Below are positions 58,301 to 64,000 of a DNA stretch of 64,000 nucleotides, in pieces. The stretch covers positions 1,240,001 to 1,304,000 of the forward strand of contig NEEC01000002.1 in NCBI GenBank assembly GCA_002189035.1. The letters are read 5' to 3'. How positions within the stretch are numbered: the stretch's first letter is position 1; every line of letters starts with the position of its first letter. The notes under the pieces are model-generated. The model saw only the letters and a list, made by a program, of their open reading frames with translations. It was not told the DNA's origin and ran no database searches. Position numbers and translations under genes: made by a program. Origin of the DNA: Utricularia gibba. Its lineage: Eukaryota > Plantae > Magnoliophyta.

Positions 58301-59410
58301 CTTCCCTGATATCACCATCTTCATCACCTCCACTGCAGCACATGAAGATATCTTTCCAGCCCATGGATGAATTCGCGGCTTCCAAACTGAAGTTGAAATT
58401 TCAGAACACCAGCACGGATGGCCAACCTGGATGTGATTACTTTCCTTCATTCCAGTTGGTCCCAAAGTTGCTTGACAAGCAAGACAATTCAGGCTCAGTT
58501 TCAGATGCTGATACGTTCGATGGTTCATCACGTTCCTTGTCAGAAGACTGTCATAGCGACCAGAATGACTTTGTTTCTGACTGCGAGTCCAACGACTCAA
58601 GCACCGGCAAGGAACATGATCTGTATAGTTCCCTTCAGAAGCAATCCCTCACGGGATCCGTCTCTACAGCTCCTGGTCCCAGGTCAGACCATTTAGACAT
58701 TGAATGTTGGAAAAATTTGGATACTCTTGGCAGTGCACCCCGAAGCGAACCAAGGACGAAGACCACTTCCAAGGAGCCTGTACATCCCGAAGTTGGCTCA
58801 ACTCCAGCTCCCCCACAATCTCAGTGGCAGAGTATAAGGCCCCTGATTCATGCCTTGGAGGAGAAATGCCGGTTATTTTCGGATCCCTCTCATTCAACTT
58901 CTGCGGTTCTCGCGTCTACTCCAGCCCCTTCTAACAAAGATCTAGCTGATATCACAAATTCGAAGACAAGCAAGGTCTACTACTGCTTCAAGGAATCCTT
59001 TTTTTTTTTTCTTTTCCTCCGTGTCCTCAGTGTTGTGCATGACCCTAAACATGCGACTGACTGACTGACTATCTGCTCATTCATCCAGAGATCCTACTCA
59101 CAGAAGCCAGAACCTGATAGGGATGCTTGCCACGAGAAGAGCACTCCTCGGAACGACTTCCTACACCAAATTCGAACCAAAGTGAGTTGCCGCTGTTTGT
59201 TACCTGGAACAGGCTTTTTTTAGTATCCCGAAATTTGACAGATGCCATTGCGGTTTTCAGTCATGCAACCTGAGACAAACTGTGAAGCCAGCTGAAGAAG
59301 CATCAGGTGCCCCTGTACAAGTGAGCCTCCTACTGAAGAAAGCGCGTGCAATTCGCGAGGCTGTTGGGAGTGATGGAGATGATGATGGAAGCTGGAGCGA
59401 AACTTCCTGA
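55334..59410 (+). CDS. SCAR: SCAR/WAVE family Arp2/3 activator (SHD, WH2 and acidic tail)
   Basis: [42 protein letters not shown]|[28 protein letters not shown]|[44 protein letters not shown]| and [26 protein letters not shown]. Confidence 0.95.
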
Positions 59411-59456
59411 TCTGTGGACACACGACCCCATCCGCCTCCAAGAAATAAACAGTAAG

Positions 59457-59482
59457 TTTTTTTTTTTTTTTTTTTTTTTTTT
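59457..59482 (+). repeat. Poly(T) tract of about 26 nt downstream of the SCAR stop
   Basis: Homopolymer read directly. It follows AGTAAG, so it may start a 3'-UTR intron. Confidence 0.85.
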
Positions 59483-59790
59483 GGTTTTGTTAATGCCTTT
59501 AGATAGCAGTTGATATGTTGTAACCCAATTCCGTGAAATAAGGTGTCCCCATTTTTTGAAAAAAATGAATGAGCTGAAGAACTCTCCCAAATTCCAACAA
59601 CCTAAATTAAAGAATTTTAGGGAATATCAAAATTATTTTTTATAAAATTTTTTAATTAAATCAATTAAATTTTCCTGATAAACATGCACTCACGGCATCA
59701 AAATACAGAATCAACGGTTTTCCTAAGACTAATTCCTAAACACCTGAACAAAGAATGCTCGTGAAAAATAACTCTTCTTCTACAAGCGGG

Positions 59791-59829
<39 letters not shown>
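59791..59829. repeat. (CTG)13/(CAG)13 trinucleotide repeat in the HOS15 3' UTR
   Basis: 13 perfect TGC units, about 23 nt downstream of the HOS15 stop codon. Confidence 0.95.
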
Positions 59830-59830
<1 letters not shown>

Positions 59831-59852
59831 GCTCCTCCTACTGCTACAGCTA

Positions 59853-62800
59853 CTACATGCGGAAGTCTACTACACACACGACGTTGTTGGCAAAACAGGC
59901 GGCGAGCGCATCACCTCTAGCGTTCCAGCACACCTCGAAGATGCCGCCGTTCCCCGTGTAAGTTTTCACCATCTTGGCTTCTTTAACTGACCAAATGTGC
60001 ATGCATTTGTCCAACGACCCGCTCGCCAAATATTCCCCGTTCGGACTGAACGCCACCGAGTACACCGGATCACTGGAGTAAGATTGGTGTCGCAGCTTTT
60101 GGTTAGAAGAACCCGGAGAGGAGTTCTGGTTACGGTGCGGTTTTTATCGTACCTGTGGCCAGTCAGGCTGTGGAGAAGGCGCCCGCTATCAACATCCCAT
60201 ATCTTGATGGTTGAGTCGAAGGAGGCACTGAGACCAGATGAATGAATGGATTGCAAGGGAGCTGGGAATTAAGAGTCTGGCAGAAAACTGGAACTAATGC
60301 AGGCGCTATGCAGCTGAATATTGAAACGATAAAAGCATGTGCACCTTGCGAGCACCAGCTGCCGACTGGGGTTGTTGGATCCTGGCCCTGTTGGACTCCA
60401 TCGGATAGTGTATATCTCCTGCAATGGACATAATTGAAGAACTTTCATCCTTGAATATGGATGATAAAAGAGAAAGGAGCATACAGAATGTGATGCCTAC
60501 ATACTTTGGAATGCTCCCTCAAATCTAGCAAGCAAGTGTCCTGTTTCATTGACCATATCTGCAGGAAAATCACTCGTTAACAAAGAAGAGACCAGTGACT
60601 ATCTGGAAGGGAAAAAGGCAGAAAAAAAATTCATAATCGATTATAGCCATGCAGGAACTGGAAAGTAGGATTCAGTGGTGGCTGGTGGTGCTGCAGATGA
60701 ACTTGAGTGTACGCATGAATGAAGTGAGAGGCAGAGGTTATTGCCTTCGCTGTACAATCATCGGAGCATGAAGCGAGTAAGGTACTCGAGGGATCCCACT
60801 TAATAGCATTTACTTCACTCTGAAGACATGAAGCATGGATATAACATAGGTCAACAGAAGTTGAAGATGATGTGCGACGTCAAAGCAGCATACCTGATGG
60901 CCTGAAAAAGTTTTAATTGGACGGTGCTCTCCCACTTTACAAACATATATCATGCTATCAGTGGAACATGTTGCAAAAGATGTGTTGTTTCGCCAGTCAA
61001 CATCAAGGGCAGGAGCTAGGAAAATTTTAAAAAATAACTAGATAAATATTGAGGTTAGTGAAACTACGCATAAATTGCCAAAAAAGAAACAAATAAAAAT
61101 ATCGAAAATAGAACTAGAACAATAAGTCAAACACCTGTATGAAATTCAAATTGCTGTTTGCATTCAGCTGCCTTAACATCCCATACAATTGCAGTTTTAT
61201 CGACACTTCCACTGAGAAGAAAATCTCCTTTCTTGTTCCACTTCAGAGAGAAAATTGGTCCCTTGTGCTTATTTAGAGTACTAATAAGTTCCCCTGTATG
61301 AAAAATGTCATGCGTGCGTACAGTTCACATTGACAACCATAAGCACAACATGAGCAGAATCATATTCACAGCATGAAAGGGAACGGAACCGCACAATAAA
61401 TAGTTAAAGCGAAAGCAGATGGCAGCGGTCAACTCTGGTTCAGAGTTGGAAAGAATAGTTACTCCAAAAAAATGCTGGTACAGGAATGTCAAACGATCCT
61501 CAAGGAAACAGTATACAACTAGACAAAGCAATACGCAAAGCATCATCATCAGGCATTTTACCTACGGCAATTCAAATCAATCAACTTCCTGCTTCCAGCC
61601 TTAATGCATCATATAACATTATCTACTACTGTAACCATCTCCAGTTCAAGGAAATCACACTTCCATAATGATGATTTTAACGATTCAGAAATTCTAAATA
61701 ATTTCTGCACGAGCACTCACCTTCTCTATTCCATATCCTAGCTTGGCCATCGTAAGAACCAGTAGCAAGTAGGGATCCGTCCACCTGAATCAAGTGAATA
61801 AAATATGCACATCATGTCAAATCTGATAATTCAGTGTTCACATTCTACATGGATATGAGGTGTGAATAGAACCGCACGTTCCAATCAAGCGTGGTTACAT
61901 CCTTGCTTTTTTCATTTGTTCTTAATTTGAAATGCCTCAACACTACACTCAGAGGTCCACTTTGTGCACCGGAGCCAGATTTGTCACCGAGGGTCCAAAT
62001 TCGAGCAGTTGAATCTCCAGAACTAAAAGTGCACATGAGCTGACACACTTAGACAGAAGAGAATGTAATACATCAAAAGCAACTAAAGGTCGATAACACA
62101 AAAAAGAGGCTCAACATTTTGGCAACCTTACCCAGAAGCAAGGATAGACCCTGTAGGATTCCATGCACACGCAATAACCTGTGAGGAGCACAAGTTATAG
62201 GCAGTTAAGAGACTACCGACATTGCTTGTAGCCTAAGACTGGGACCTTATGGCAAAGCACTCCTAATTTCACTTATAAACATCAATTTTTTTGGTTATTA
62301 GAAGCACTTCTCCAAAAGATGATGAATACATTACATGTGCAAAATAAGGGTAAAACAGGAATGCAGCACTTACATGCAGCTAAAAAATAGAGAAAACAGA
62401 TAAAAATAAGAACAAACCTCAGACGCATGACCTTGCAGAACTGTCACATCGGACTTTGAAATTTCACGGGTCACCAAATCATCTGGAGGACAAATATCCA
62501 TCGGTTCCATTCCTGTTAAAATTTAATGAAAGTACCCAATCAGTACATGTCCTTGCCTTGACCCAAGAAGAGTTCACATTCATTTGATATTGCAACGGTT
62601 ATTAGATTTAAATGTGGATACTAATACAACACCATATTTTGTATCCCAAACTTGAACTGGACATAATTTGCCCCATCACACTTATACATGAGTGAACCAG
62701 TTCCGTCTATACTAATACAACATCATTCAGGTTATTCGTTATGAACAGATAGGGGGAAATATTTCAAAGCATTCTCACCTCTATCCCCTCTTTTATCATC

Positions 62801-63633
62801 AACTACAACCTTGGACTCCTCCACAGAAAGATCAGCTGTCTCTCGAAACGACTTTTCCTTCTCTTTTACCTTTGCTGCATCCTTTTCCTTCTCCATCCTC
62901 CCTTTATCTCGTCCTCTCTGCTGTTTTATCTTCCCCTTTACCATCTCAATCCCATCATCTTCAACATTTGCATTTTGCTTCTTACAGGATTTTTCTCTAT
63001 CCTTCTCTTTTTTTTCTTTAACTATATTTTGGAGTTCATCCACACCCTTGGTTATAAGATCAAGAGGATTAAGAAATTGAAAATCTTCATCTGCATCCAA
63101 ATCCTCCTGAAGCCCTAAGCAATAAAAAATCAGGAAGACATTCTCATACAACGTAAACACAAAAACAATAAAACTCCCACATCGCGCACGTACATCGCTT
63201 AGGTTAGCCTCTAATTCCAGATACATAATTCCCCTCTGAACAAATGTAACAAGAGCACCAGGGGGAACTAAGTTGCCATCAATTGTACTTTTACTGATTC
63301 CTGCTTCACATCCTAAAGTGAAAGCTGAATGGGTGAACCCTGAATACACGAACGGTGGAAGGTTAGAGCACATTTACTGCATACTACATCCGAGAAATTC
63401 TTTTAACAGGTGGTGCAGATTAGAAAACAGGCAGAATTCACAACACGAAAGTTGAAATCTTCGATAATGAATTCAAAACATCAATTGGATAGATGAAGAC
63501 GTGTACAAAATAAAGTTCGATTTACAAAAAAAAAATCACTAGAAAAAGGCAGAGTAGGGAGAGGAACTAGACCAGATTCATTAAGGTAGCGAAATATGAG
63601 GTAGTTCAACTCTGCAGACGTTATCGAGGGCAT
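59853..63633 (-). CDS. HOS15: HOS15 (TBL1-like LisH/WD40 co-repressor subunit)
   Basis: [20 protein letters not shown]|[23 protein letters not shown] (LisH), [35 protein letters not shown] and [20 protein letters not shown]. Confidence 0.96.
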
Positions 63634-63874
63634 AGTTTCCAATCTCCCTTCGAATGTAAAAGTTCAATTCCCAGGTTGCCGTTGGCAAGCCTCCCTCCGC
63701 CGATGACAATCGACAGAGGTAGTTTATTTGTCATCGAAAAAGTGTGGGCCTGGGCCGAACTCATTCTAAATCTTACAAGCCCACCAAGTGATCCTGCGAA
63801 ATGTTTGCTATTCATTCCATCCCCTGGAATACATCTTCCGTAAAGACTCCCACCAGATCAAAATCTGCGGTCGC
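63634..63874. promoter_or_regulatory. Putative bidirectional promoter HOS15/WPP (241 bp between ATGs) with tandem site II motifs
   Basis: TGGGCCTGGGCC at about 63746-63757, centred between divergent ATGs 63633 (-) and 63875 (+). Confidence 0.6.
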
Positions 63875-64000
63875 CATGGCCGAATCCGAGCAACCACCGG
63901 CGCAATCTAAAGCTGCCTCCACATCAGAGAAACGCAATAATGCCGTCGCGACGTTCAGAATTTGGCCGCCGACCGAAAACACGCGTGACGGAGTAAGAAA
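63875..64000 (+). CDS. WPP-domain protein (MAF1/WPP1-2 type), truncated at the window end
   Basis: MAESEQPPAQSKAASTSEKRNNAVATFRIWPPTENTRDGVR contains the F.IWPPT..TRD.V signature. Confidence 0.85.

Noticed and set aside
59755-59990. Poly-Cys and poly-Leu ORFs
   Set aside because: They are artefacts of translating the (CTG)13 repeat.
63175-63184. TCCCACATCG, matching the plant snRNA/telomerase-RNA upstream sequence element (USE)
   Set aside because: No TATA box at the expected spacing and no recognisable snRNA downstream. It lies just inside a HOS15 intron on the opposite strand, so it is treated as chance.
1-64000. CRISPR arrays, prokaryotic operons, defence systems, intact LTR or DNA transposon ORFs, organellar insertions
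   Set aside because: None seen. The window is spliceosomal-intron-containing plant nuclear DNA with no regularly spaced repeats or RT/transposase motifs.

Overview
Gene-dense eudicot nuclear DNA with 27 protein-coding genes (two truncated at the window edges) and one tRNA-Gly(GCC) in 64 kb, about one gene per 2.4 kb. Most introns are about 70-120 bp and many intergenic spacers are only a few hundred bp. This fits a miniaturised genome such as Lentibulariaceae (Utricularia/Genlisea), but the taxon is an inference. Genes in order: MTM1-like mitochondrial carrier, CRM-domain mitochondrial splicing factor, thaumatin-like protein, small unknown membrane protein, kynurenine/methionine aminotransferase, p24delta, GGCT2, LHCB7, YIF1, SWI3C, P-class PPR, auxilin-like, APC4, RRP17/NOL12, TSJT1-like, TRAPPC13, clathrin light chain, DUF1218, PLS-DYW PPR, GID8, RING1, NFD6, E6-like, UGT79-like, tRNA-Gly, SCAR, HOS15, WPP/MAF1. 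Main observations: (1) a UGT79-type glycosyltransferase, a family that is normally intronless, carries two spliceable introns with short junction duplications, which are candidate recent intron gains; (2) eight frameshifts, all repaired by adding one base to a homopolymer and including essential APC4, most likely reflect systematic assembly error; (3) a U12-type intron in GID8, a 15-nt microexon in TRAPPC13, a GC-AG intron in APC4 and locally duplicated splice sites; (4) three unexplained coding-like islands at about 11.6, 48.1 and 54.5 kb; (5) very short bidirectional promoters and convergent 3' ends. No intact transposon or CRISPR array was seen. All identifications come from reading the sequence and recalling family motifs; no database search was run.
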